Assembly (NCBI GenBank): GCA_001724265.1
Contig: MEDY01000052.1
Coordinates: 124,001-150,938 of the forward strand
From: Rhizaria sp. SCN 62-66
Taxonomy: Eukaryota
Direction: 5' to 3'
Length of the DNA: 26,938 bases
Positions 11,301-21,700 of the stretch are shown piece by piece; position 1 is the first letter of the stretch, and every line of letters begins with the position of its first letter. The notes under the pieces were generated by a model that was not told the DNA's origin, did not search any database, and saw only the letters and a program-made list of their open reading frames with translations. The translations under genes and the position numbers were made by a program.

Positions 11301-13810
11301 CCGCGTTAAGCTCCGCAGCAGCCTTAGTGGCAGTGTCGCCGCTCACGGAAGCATCGGGGTCGGTATCCTTGAGCTTGGAAACAAGCTCAGCATGGCGGGC
11401 CTCAGCATCGTTGGCGCGTGCGGTCTCCGCAGCGAGAAGAGCCTCAATGCTCTCGAGTTTGATTTGCGCGGCATCAGCATTCGCATTGGCCTCGACAACC
11501 TTTTGCTCAGCATCGGCAACCTTAGTCTCGGCCTCAGCAGCCTTGGCCTCAGCGTCAGCGACCTTGGCCTCGGCGGCCTCAGCACGCGACTCAGCGGCTG
11601 CAATGCGCTCAGCAACCTCATCGTTGGAGCCTGCAGATGCCTCGGCAGCGGCCTGAGCAGCCTTGGCGGCCTCAGCCTCGGCCTTAGCAGCGGCAATTTC
11701 AGCCTTAGCGGCCTCAGCTAAAGCCTTGGCGGCAGTCGCCTCCTCCTTGGCAGTCTCGGCCTCGGTCTTGGCGACCGCAGCGTCGCTCTCAGCCTTGGCA
11801 GCGCGGTCGTCAGCCTCCTTGCGGGCCTTCTCGGCTTCGGCGCGCGCGTTCTCGGCCTCCTCAGTCGCGCGCGTGGCCGTCTCGAGCGCGACCGTGTCGG
11901 CGCCCGCGAGCGCCTTAGCGGCCTCGGTCTCGGCCTTGGCCGCGTCGATCATCGCCGAGGCAGACTCGACCGCGGCGTTGGCGGCCTCGGCCTCAGCCTT
12001 AGCGGCCTCAGCCTCGGCCTTGGCAGCGGCAGCAGCGGTCCGAGCGGCCTCGGCGTCGTCGCGCGCGTCCTTGCACTCGTCCTGCAGGGCCGCCACGCGG
12101 TGTGTGAGCGTCGCGAAGGCCTGGCGCGTCTTGTGCAGTGTCTCAGCGCGCTGCGTCACGAGCTCGCGCGAGAGCACTGTGAGCTCAACGGCCGAGACCG
12201 CGGCGGCGTCAGCGTCGCTCTTGGCTTCGTCGGCCACGCAGCACTGCGCGCGCGCGTGAGCTGAGCACACCGACACGCCGGCGCGGTCCCACGCCGCGGC
12301 GGGGCCGTCCGCGGCTGCCGCGGCGGTCTCGGACTCGGCGTCGTGTGTGTGCGCGGGGGTCTTGCGGAAGACCACGGTGGCGAGCACGCCCGCACGCGCC
12401 GTGGTAGCGGCGGCGAAGAGCGTGCGCGCGCGGTCGCTGCCGGCCTCCTCGCCCTCGACGTCGGCGCCGCCAGAGACTGACGACGACGACGATGACGACG
12501 ACGACGACGCGGCGATGGGCACGGCGGCGCAGAGCTTGCGCTGCGCAACGCCCACGGGCGCGGTCCAGGTGCCGGCCGACGCAGAGGACGCGGCGCCCGT
12601 GGTGGCGGCGGCGGCGGGGAGCGCAACGACGCGCTGCCAACCCGAAGCGTAGAGGACCGAGGCCAGTGCGGGACCAACCAGCGTCACTGTCTGCACGCCC
12701 AGCGGGCCGGCAACGCCGGCCGCCGTCGCGGCCGCGGGGTCGGCAAGCGCGGCCGTAGCGAGCACGGTGCCGAGCGCGGGGGGCGCTGCGCCGGGCGCGG
12801 GAAGCGCGACGAACGAGAGCGTGCCCGCCGCGGTCGCCACCAGCAGCGCGCCGGACGCGGTCGGGACGACGGCGCGCACGGGCGAGCGGTCGGCGCCGGC
12901 AGGGAGGTGCGACTCGGACAGAGGGTGCGCGGTCGCAACCGTGGGCGCCGCGGCGGAGAGCAAGAAGAGCGAGTTAAGCGCCAAGGGCGCAGCGCCAGCG
13001 AACACAGCACCGTGGCCCGAGCCCGCGCTAGCGCTCGCGGTGACGGCTGTGAGTGCGGAGCAGGCGGGCAGCGGGACCGAGGGCGCGCGACGGTCCATCT
13101 TGCGGCCGCCGCCGACGGCGGGCAGCTGCAGCGTGACGGCGGCGCGTGCGGAGGCCGCGAAGTCCGCGTGGAAACCGTCGCCACTGCGGGTCAGCGCCCA
13201 AACCGTGGGGAGCCCGGCGTCGGCGTCCGCGGCGGTGCTGTGGTCACTGGGCACGGCCGCAAAGGCAACGATGGCGTCGGCGCCGTTGATCTGCGCGGTA
13301 GCGGCGGCCGGGAGCGAGCCCTGGACCGCGCAGGAGACGGCGTCGATCACGGCGACAGCGCCGGAGGCGTAGCCCAGCAGCACGGACTTGTCACAGGTCG
13401 CGATCGCCGTAACAGCGTTGGCGGAGCAAACAGAGCCCGCGGAGGCGTCACCCTCGGCAACGACGCGGATGAGTTCGCTGGAAGTGGCGTCGTATACGTG
13501 CAGAGCGCCGTTCTGATAGGCAACCCACTGGTGCAGTTTGTGGGGGCCGATATTAGAATCTAGATACGATCAAGGAAGATACAGAGAGCAGAATGCTTGA
13601 GATAGTGTAAAGGAATGTAACAGGGTTAAATCAAAAGGACTGATATGCATCTAGAACGATGCATATGTCTCATATGAGGCCAGTAGGTGGGTGTGGAGGG
13701 TGGGAAGCGTAAGATAACGAACCTTTCGAGATTGGAACAGGGACGACGGCCATTGTGGACACTGCCAGGCCGGTCGGCCGGGACTGTACCACAACAGGGT
13801 AATGACCCAT
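2329..13810 (-). CDS. Giant Ala/Glu/Lys-rich coiled-coil protein with beta-strand-rich (WD40/propeller-like) N-terminus; long isoform model join(13810..13723,13559..10087,9970..9947,9171..2329), about 3475 aa
   Basis: The ORFs 10060..13383 and 2329..9105 extend upstream to splice acceptors at 13560 (GTATCTAG|) and 9172 (ATCACAG|). Donors G|GTTCGT (13722), AAG|GTACGA (10086) and GAT|GTACGT (9946) give phase-compatible joins. ATG 13810 sits just after TTTTAG|C. Stop is TAA 2331-2329. Extensive AEAK/ADAETK heptads. The join across 9946..9172 is inferred. Confidence 0.7.
4300..5460 (-). repeat. Degenerate 21-nt (7-aa) tandem repeats encoding coiled-coil heptads (AAEAEAK/VADAETK/LKEAEAK); boundaries approximate
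   Basis: Recurrent gccttagcctcagc/gccttggcctcggc units on +; heptad periodicity in the translation. Similar blocks at about 7620-8140 and 10290-10470. Confidence 0.8.
9172..9946 (-). other. Putative spliceosomal intron (775 nt, GT-AG) of the long isoform
   Basis: Donor GTACGT at 9946; 3' end TGACTGATTATTTTTTCCTCTTCATTCCTTCACCGACAATCACAG at 9172; phase 0 on both sides. Confidence 0.55.
9824..9970 (-). CDS. Alternative terminal exon of the coiled-coil gene (RWQESAEDVRSLAEGLKHASCELDMLSSELERREMSVSAREAAVNSSH*), giving a short isoform of about 1235 aa
   Basis: Polypyrimidine plus TAG acceptor at 9973-9971 in phase 0 with donor 10086; 49 codons of coiled-coil-like sequence ending in TGA 9826-9824; followed by T/G-rich 3'UTR-like sequence. 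Confidence 0.6.
   Translation of the reverse strand, partial: RWQESAEDVRSLAEGLKHASCELDMLSSELERREMSVSAREAAVNSSH
9971..10086 (-). other. Spliceosomal intron (116 nt, GT-AG)
   Basis: AAG|GTACGA ... TTTTTCCTTTGTGTAG|CGT; AT-rich; contains the ORF-track stop; phase 0. Confidence 0.85.
13560..13722 (-). other. Spliceosomal intron (163 nt, GT-AG)
   Basis: AAAG|GTTCGT ... TCTTCCTTGATCGTATCTAG|AT; phase 1 join restores GAT and an open frame from ATG 13810. Confidence 0.7.
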
Positions 13811-13811
13811 G

Positions 13812-13866
13812 CTAAAAGAAGAGCAAACATACATAAACAGTGAGTATCAGACAAAAGTTAGCTTAC
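13812..13866 (-). other. Putative 5'UTR intron (55 nt)
   Basis: GTAAGC donor at 13866; TTTGCTCTTCTTTTAG acceptor one base before ATG 13810. The upstream in-phase frame has TGA at 13883-13881, so the upstream exon looks non-coding. Confidence 0.55.
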
Positions 13867-13869
13867 GGG

Positions 13870-14610
13870 CGCGTGTAAATTCAAACTGAGTAAACTGCCG
13901 TTGGAGATTGGACTGCACTGTGATCAGCCCCGCTCGTGAGCGGGACAAACCACCATGAAGACGCTGTCAAAGCAATATGAAGTAATATTTAGGCCAACAA
14001 ATGTAATATTTTGAAATGAGCTGCCGCAACGATAGTCTCGTTTTGCATTGTCCCGTTTAGAGCTTCGCGTGGCTGGTCCCGACGGCGCCGGCTAGACTTT
14101 TCGGTCAGGCTGTAGGTCGATTTTTCGGTCCCTAAGCCGAGTGACAACAACAGCAGGGGTGTCTTCGAGACGTGAGGGCGATAAGACGAAACAATGACAA
14201 TTCCTGGGAAGTCACTGTCAGATTTTAGCTAAAACGCATATGCGTATTTTCTAGGATGCTTTCTTTGCATCCCATTTATTTTTTCGTCTGGCGTGAGCGA
14301 CTGCACTTCACGAGCGAAGGTGGCTGCGCCGTTCGAATGGCTCCGTCCTCCCGCTCAGGAGGGGCTACGTAGAGGCGCCTCTATCGTGTTTGCAGACTTA
14401 TAAGCAACCCTTCCATGAAGCATGTGTTTGAAAACGCAGGATTGTTGACGACCGAACCGCCTCGGCTTCTTCTTCTGGCTCTACAACCGCTATGTATCCC
14501 TTTTGCCTCCTCATCAGAATCTGTGATTAAGATATCTCTTCACTCCTGCTTGCCGCCTCCGCCCCCATCACAACCCTATCGTCCCGCATCACTTCACGTA
14601 CAACCACTCA
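13870..14610. promoter_or_regulatory. Divergent (head-to-head) intergenic/promoter region between the coiled-coil gene and the kinase
   Basis: Inferred only from gene orientation (ATG 13810 on -, ATG 14670 on +); no specific motif identified. Confidence 0.45.
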
Positions 14611-14669
14611 CCCGTATGACTGCCTATGTTCACTTTTTTCGTGCCCACCACCCAGACGCTCCGTCCACG

Positions 14670-17627
14670 ATGGCTGACGTCGCCAAGAACTCCCCCGAGC
14701 AGCCGCAGCAGCAGACGGTGCACGTCGTCGGCACCTACATCGTCGGCCCCACCATCGGCAAGGGCTTCTTCGCCAAGGTGAAGCGAGTTGAGGACCAGTA
14801 CCGCAACATCTGGGCCATGAAGTGCTTCGACAAGGAGCGCATCAGCAAGTCCGCCCACTCGCTCAAGCAGGTCGAGAAGGAGATCAACGCGCTGCGTCTG
14901 TGCAACCACCCGAACGTGGTGCACTTCCACGAAGTGCTCGAGGTCGAGAACACCGTCTATCTCATCATGGAATTTGTGCCTCACGGCGAGCTGTTCGATT
15001 ACATCAAGTCGCGCGGTCGCCTGCCCGAGCCCGAGGCGGTGTACCTGGCCAAGCAGGTCGTGTCTGCGCTCGACTACTGCCACCGCTGCGGCATCGTGCA
15101 CCGCGACATCAAGCCCGAGAACGTGCTCATCGACTCGCAGAACAACATCAAGATCGTCGACTTCGGTCTCGCGACGTTCTACCTGAGCTCCGACTACACC
15201 GGCGCCGAGAGCGCGCCGCTGCCGTCGCCCGAGGAGATGGACAGCAAGCCGGCCATGGAGAACTTCAAGCAGCTGCAGACGCAGTGCGGCTCCCCGCACT
15301 ACGCCGCGCCCGAGGTCCTGCTCGGGCTGGGCTACCACGGCCCCTCTGCCGACATCTGGTCGCTGGGCGTCATGCTCTACGCCATGGTCACCGGCTCGCT
15401 GCCCTTCACGGCGCGCACGATCCCGCAGCTCGTGCAGAAGATCGTCTCGGGCGTGTACCGCTTTGCGCCCTTCATGTCGCGCAACGCCAAGCACCTCATT
15501 GGCTCCATGCTGCGCGTGAACCCGCGCGACCGCATTACGATGGCCGAGATCATCGCGCACCCGTGGTTCTCCGAGACCGAGGCGTGGGTGCCGCCCGCCG
15601 TCGCCGCCGAGGCCGAGGCCGCCGCCGCCGCCGCGGGCGCTGCGGGCGCCGTGCCCGGCGAGTCGGCCGCCGTGCGCCTGCTGGGCACAATGGCGTCCAA
15701 GCTCGCCGCCGCCAAGCGTTCCGAGGCGTCTGCCGTGGTGTGCTCGGCGTGCAACAAGGCGCTCTCGGTGCGCCGCGACGCCAAGGGCATGTACGTGCTC
15801 TCGGCGGGGCCCGAGGCGGCGGCGCGCGACGCCGGCGCGGACCTTTGCCAGTGCGCGAACCCGCTCTGGTCGCAGGGCTCTGTCTCGCACAGCGGCAGCG
15901 GCAGCGGCAGCGGCAGCAGCGACGGCAGCAAGCGCAACGTGCTGGAGCTGCCTTCGGTCACCGGCGGCGCCATGACCATGGCCAAGCAGTTCGAGTCCTC
16001 GCCCTCGGCGCAGATGTCGTTTGACGCAGCCATGTTCCGCCCGCCGCCGCCCGTGGACATGACGCGCACGGCGCCGTCGCAGCGCGAGTACGAGATGCTG
16101 CGCGCGTGCGAGGACGGCCAGCTCGACGCCGTGCGCGCGTTGCTCTACGACGCGCCCCCATGCCCCGTGCTCAGCAAGGCCGCCAGCAGCTAGGCCGCGA
16201 GCCGGCGCTCCATGAACGCGCCCGCGGGCGCGGCCTCGCCCACCGCCGCGGCCGCCTCACCCGTCGCTGCCACGGCCACTGCGGCGTCGAGTCCTGCTCT
16301 GGCGACGCCCAGCGAGGCGTCTGAGAAGAAAAAGAACAAGCTCAAGAGCCTGTTCCACTCGATGGCGCACGCCGTGCGCGGTGACACCGACGTGTCATCG
16401 GCCGTGGTCGCGCCCTCCTCGGTGGCCTCCGACGCCGACTCCTCCTCGGGCTCGCTCGCCTCCACCGGCGACGAAGACAGCGACGAGTTTGTCGAGGCGC
16501 TCATGGACTGGCGCCTGCGCGGCACCTGCGCGTGTCCCGACCAGAGCCACCGCCTTGACCTGCGCGCGCGCGGCGCCGACAACTGGACCGCGCTGCACTT
16601 CGCCGCGCGCTCGGGCTCGGCGGCCATCGCGGAGGAGCTGATCCTGTCGTGCCTGCCGCTGGACATCAACGCCGTGACCAAGTCGATGTGGACGCCGTTG
16701 ATGCTGGCCGCCGACAAGGGTCACACGGCTGTGGTGGAGCTGCTGCTTAAGTACCGCGCCGACATCCACGCCGCGACGGCCGACGGCAAGACGGCCATCT
16801 TCCTCGCCCGCGAGCGCAACTTCTCGAGCATCTCGCAACGCCTGACCGAGGCGTCGTCGACGCGCCACCTTGCCGCGCTCAAGCACAACCCCTTCGTGTC
16901 GGCCGACGCGTCGCACGCGCTGACGACGTCTGAGGAGCACGGCGGCCACAGCGGCGGCAGCGGCGGCGCCGAAGACGAGGACGCCGCCAGCCCGGCCATC
17001 CTGTCGATTGTGCACGCCGTGCAGTCGATCAAGGCAGCCACCGAGGCCGCGATCGGATCCTCCGCCGCCGGCTCCAGCAGCGCGGGTGGCGCGCAGGACG
17101 CCGACGCCGTGCGCCGCGCGTGGTTCTCTGCCTCGCCGCTGCAGGCGGACCTTTTCGGCGCCTGCGAGACGGGCGACATCGCGCGCGTCAAGAAGCTCTT
17201 CGAGCTCTCGGTGCAGGCCGTCAACAACCTTCACGCGACGTCGCCCGCGGGCACGCCCATCCCTGCCGCTGAGGTGGACTTTTTTGCGCGCGGCATCGAC
17301 AACTGGTCGGTGATGCACTACGCGGCGCGCAAGAACCACCACAAGGTGCTAGTGCAGATCGTCGAATCGCTCGTGGGCGCCAACGTGCCTGCCAAGAGCA
17401 TCATCGACGAGATCAACGCCGTCACCAAGTCGGGCTGGACCGCGCTCATGATGGCCGTGGACCGCGGTCACGTCGAGTCGGTGCGCCTACTGCTGCGCTG
17501 CGGCGCCGACGCCTCGATCCGCGCCACCAACGGCGAGACCGCGCTCTCGCTCCTCTCCGCCTACCGCAACCAGTCCCAGTTCCCGTACGCGCTTCTCAAG
17601 GACCTCCTCGAGGGCAAGCGCGTCTGA
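14670..17627 (+). CDS. SNF1/AMPK-related (CAMKL; BRSK/MARK-like) Ser/Thr kinase with two C-terminal ankyrin-repeat modules; 985 aa if the in-frame TAG at 16191-16193 (codon 508) is decoded
   Basis: Kinase motifs in about 14736-15569: IGKGFFAKV, AMK, KEI, HPNVV, GELFDYI, HRDIKPEN, DFG, TQCGSPHYAAPEV, DIWSLGV, HPWF. Ankyrin motifs WTALHFAA, WTPLMLAADKGHTAVVELLL, WTALMMAVDRGHVESVRLLL. ORFs 14415..16193 and 16212..17627 are in the same frame, linked by TAG GCC GCG AGC CGG CGC TCC ATG. Coding-like GC content starts at ATG 14670; ends at TGA 17625-17627. Confidence 0.88.
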
Positions 17628-18354
17628 GTGCGCAGCTTGTTGTCTGTACGGTGACTGGTAGGCGTCATTGGTCTTCTCGTTTTGTTTGTTAACATTATCT
17701 GCTTTGCTGGTGCTGTTTGTTGTTGTTGCTGTTTCTGTTGACATTACAACAGAGCGGTTTTTATCTCTTTGTTGATGCGTGTTCTTATTGCTCTGTTCTC
17801 CCAAAATAATCTTTGTTTTTTGTCCTCTTTTCAATCTACCGCGCGTTGTATCGACTTCGCGCTTGCCGTAATAACATGCAAAGATTCCCTGCCATCATTG
17901 CATTGATACCATCACCTTGCCTTCGTGCTGTTCACGTTTGCAACTGGTGTGTGATCTTGCCAAAGTCTCTCGCGCTTTAATTTGACCCAAAAATACACAG
18001 AAAAACCACCTTTGTATGTTTTCATTCTTAACTCCCCTTCGTAGTTAATGACAACACACACGACGAAGCAAGACGTTTTCATCACAATATGCAAGTAAAA
18101 TAGTGCTAGTGTGGTTAAAATAAATGTATTTTAGATAAATTATTTGTTTTTGAACAGATTTGTTTTGAATAAACGTTGCAGTGTTGATTACCGTGTTTTT
18201 GTGTTGCTAACATCGAACTGTCAACACATTGTTATTGCCTTAAGTTTTGTCAATATTTTTGTTCGTATGTTTCTGTGTTCTGTACTATCTTCTTTCATAC
18301 TCATATTTTTGACTCAACTCCCCTACATAATCACTTTATAGCACATCTCATGGC

Positions 18355-18732
18355 TTAAAAGCCGCGAGGCTGCACGCCCCACTGCGTCTGCTGCGCCGGA
18401 GGCTGCTGCTGTTGCTGCGGCTGCTGGACCTGGCCGAACGCGGCGCCGGCACCCGGCTGCACGCCCCATGCCGCTGCGGCCGAAGTGGGCATCTGGTAGC
18501 CCATGCCCATGCCCATGCCCATCGGGTTCATGCCGCCCATCATCATGCCGGGCATGCCGCCCATGCCCATGCCGCCCATGCCGGGCATGCCGCCCATCGC
18601 GGGCATTGCGCCCATGCCGGGCATGCCGCCCATGCCGGGCATGCCGCCCATGCCGGGCAGCGCGTCCATGCCGGGTAGCGCGGCGTCTACACCAGGCAGC
18701 GCGGTGACGCCGGGCAGCGCGCCCATGCCGGG

Positions 18733-18775
<43 letters not shown>

Positions 18776-21700
18776 GCCATCGCGCCGAAGCCCGCCATGC
18801 CGCCAAAGCCGGGCATGGCGCCCATGCCGGCCATGCCCGCGCCCGCGAAGGCCGAGGATGTGGCGCCCGCGGCGTGCGCCTGCGGCTGCTGCTGTTGTTG
18901 CTGCTGCTGGGTGCGGGCGCCCGCGGCGGCGGCGTTGCGCGCGGTGCGCTGCTTATTCTTGTTCTCAAGCAGGCGCTTCATCCCGCCGATGAGCTCCTCG
19001 GGCGTCTTGGCCACGCGGTCAGCGCCCGTGTGGTCCGAGTAGTGGAACCCACCGGGCGTGACACGTGCGCGCTCGCGGGCGGCCTCGCGGCCGGGCAAGT
19101 ACGTGAACTCGACGATGAGCGGCGAGCGAGGATGCAACGAGAGCAGGTACGGCAGCGTCTGCTTGCGCACGCGCGCCTCGCGCTCCAGCTGCGCCTCGAC
19201 CTGGTCGCGCGGGCCGTCGAAGAAGACCTTGTGGCCGACGAGTCCCTTGAGCACGTCCATGACAGGCTCAACGAAGCGCGAGATGACTTCGTCCAGGTCT
19301 TCGTACTCGCGCAGGTACTGGCGCGGGTTGATCGCGTCGCGCGCGTCGCCCAGTGCCTCGGCGTGGCGCTTCACCAGCGCCTCCGTCCCGGGCGGATCCG
19401 TGTCGATCACCAGGCGCCGGCCCAGCGCCGTGGGGTCGCCCGTGGGCTTGTCGTGCTCGGCGATCTCGACGTGCACGAAGCGGTCCTGTGCCACGTTGGG
19501 CACGCGGAACGACGCCACCAGCGAGCGCAGCCCATCAGTCTGCGACGGCCGCAGCACCACGGTCGACGGCGCAGTTGCCGCGACGTGCGCGAGCAGCTCC
19601 TCGGCCTCGGCCTTGGTCATGTTCTTGAACGTGTCGTGCGATACGTTGCGGTGCACGATCTGCACGTCGGCCTGCTTCGGCGGCGGGCAGATATGCTGAT
19701 CGTCGGGATGCACCCACGAGGACCGCGCGGCGTCGAAGTACATATACTTGCCCTCGTGGCGCGCCTGTATCGTCTTAAACACCTCGAGCGACTCGGGGCG
19801 GTTCAGCGACGTGTGCGCCGTCGACAGCCGCACCGACGCGCGCTCGTACTGCACCTGGAAGATCACGGCGCGCACTTCCTGGCCAACCTTAACGCGCTCC
19901 TGGAGCCAGAGCTTCTGGGCCTCCTTGCGCGCCTCGCCCTGGCCGGGGAAATAGGGCGTGGTGGACGACACGCTCGTGATGGGCACGAAGCCCGCCACGC
20001 GGTTCGCCAGCTCCACGACGATGCCGTCGGGCTTGATCGCCTTGACCTGTGCGAGCACGTGCTGGTGCACGTAGAGCGTGTCCTCGGTCTCGCCTGTGCA
20101 CAGCCGGAACAGGTCCTGGGCCGACGGCGGGCCGCGGCGGCGCAGCGCCACGGCGGGCAGCAGGTCAGCGCGCACGCGAAGCTTGGCCTTGGTGGCGTTG
20201 TCGAGCACCTCGGGCACATGCGACGTTTCCTCCAACAGGTCCGCGGCGGCCACGAGGCGCGCGAACGACTCGAGCACCTCCGAAGTCGGCGGGTCCGCGA
20301 ACGGGCGCACGAGCTCGCGCGACGACAGGTAGAGGATATCGAGCATGTGGCGGTTCTGGTTGCGGCGCTGCGCGGCGAAGGCGTGCAGGTCGAATTCTTT
20401 GAGCGTGGATAGCAGCCAGTGGCCCTTGTGCGCGAGACGCGCCATGACGGCGTTGATGCGCAGGTGCATCGTGTCGGTGACGCTCTGGTGCGTGTCCTTC
20501 ATGCGCATGCGCATCGCGGCCACTTCGAGTGAGTCGGCGTCGGCGCCGCGGCCCTCGGCGCGCTCCATGTCGTCGTGCGCCTTGTTCGAGTCCACCAGCT
20601 CGGCCTCCTCGGCCTCGGTCAGCCCCAGCGCAGTCATGGTGCCCTTGCCGCCCTTATCGCTCTTCTTGCGGCCCCGGTCGCCCTTGACCTTCTTGGTCAC
20701 GGGCGGCGGCAGCGCGTTCTGCGCCTCGGCCAGTCCAAACAGCACCTCGAGCAGCAACTGCGCAGCCTCGCGGTAGTGCTCCGGCGGCACGCGCGTGCGG
20801 TCCAGAAACGGCACACGCGCGGCAGCCACGCCCTGGATCGCGGACCCGGCGGAGCGCGCACACACGCGCAGGAAGCCCGCGGCGTTGCGGTACACGGCGC
20901 CGCCCAGCACGCCGTTGGCGGCGCCGTTGGAGGCGGCCGCGGACAGCAGGTCGGCGCGCGTGTTGACCGAGCCCGAGCGGCCGAGGAAGGCCGAGAGCGC
21001 GCGCGCCTTCTGGGGGCCCAGCCCGGGCACGAACTGCAGCGGCGCGACGAGGTGCTGGCGCAGCCCCACGCCGGCCTGCACCAGCGCGTTAACGTCGACG
21101 CCCAGGCGCGCAGTGGCCTGCTGCAGCGCGCGGCGCAGCGCGGCGAGCAGCACGCTGCGCGGGAGCAGGTCCTGGTCCTTGTGCAGACGCAGCGAGAGGA
21201 TCTCGCACGCCTGCTGGCTCGTCGCGCGCGACGACGTCCACAGCGCGGCGAGCGTCGCCAGCGGGTTGATGGCCATGCGGCCAATGGCAGCGGCCTTGCG
21301 TACGAGCGGGTGCGCCGTGGGCATCTCCTGGCGCGAGCGCGCAGAGGTCATGTACACGCGCCCCACCGTCGGGTCCGCCAGCTCGAACTTGAGCCAAGGC
21401 TGGTCGTACAGCACCTTGGACTGCAGGTCCGTGATGAAGCCGCTCGAGTTGGGCGTGGCCGCGTCGACGAGCACGAGCGCGGGGCGGTACGTGGTCATGA
21501 TGTCGATCAGCACGCGCACGTCCATCTCCTTGCTACGCTGCACCTCGCCCGCGGCCTGGATGCGCGACCCGGCTTGCGAGCCGCCCTGGAGCGCGAGCGC
21601 CTGCATGCTGCGCTCGTTGGTGCGCGTCTTGAAGGCCGTCAGCACGGCCTGCTCCATCACATCGCCCTGCGAGTTGAGCACCACCAGCGACAGCGGCTCG

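Noticed and set aside
14285-14350. GTTCGAAT resembling a tRNA T-loop (possible suppressor tRNA)
   Set aside because: No closing T-stem or cloverleaf could be built by eye; tRNAscan-SE would settle it.
14415-14669. 85-aa N-terminal extension of the kinase from ATG 14415
   Set aside because: T/C-rich non-coding composition with an acceptor-like site at 14655; coding-type codon usage begins at ATG 14670.
16167-16193. 27-nt GT...TAG mini-intron that would remove the kinase TAG in frame
   Set aside because: Donor GTGCTC is unlike the GTA/GTT-type donors seen here; it is GC-rich with no pyrimidine tract, whereas the other introns in the window are AT/pyrimidine-rich. Not formally excluded without RNA data.
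16190-16194. Both TAGs lie in CTAGG, the product of C-to-T at a methylated CCAGG (Dcm/CHG-type base-calling or deamination artefact)
   Set aside because: Many CCAGG sites in the window are intact, and C before and G after a codon are expected from the codon bias. Down-weighted but should be checked in raw reads.
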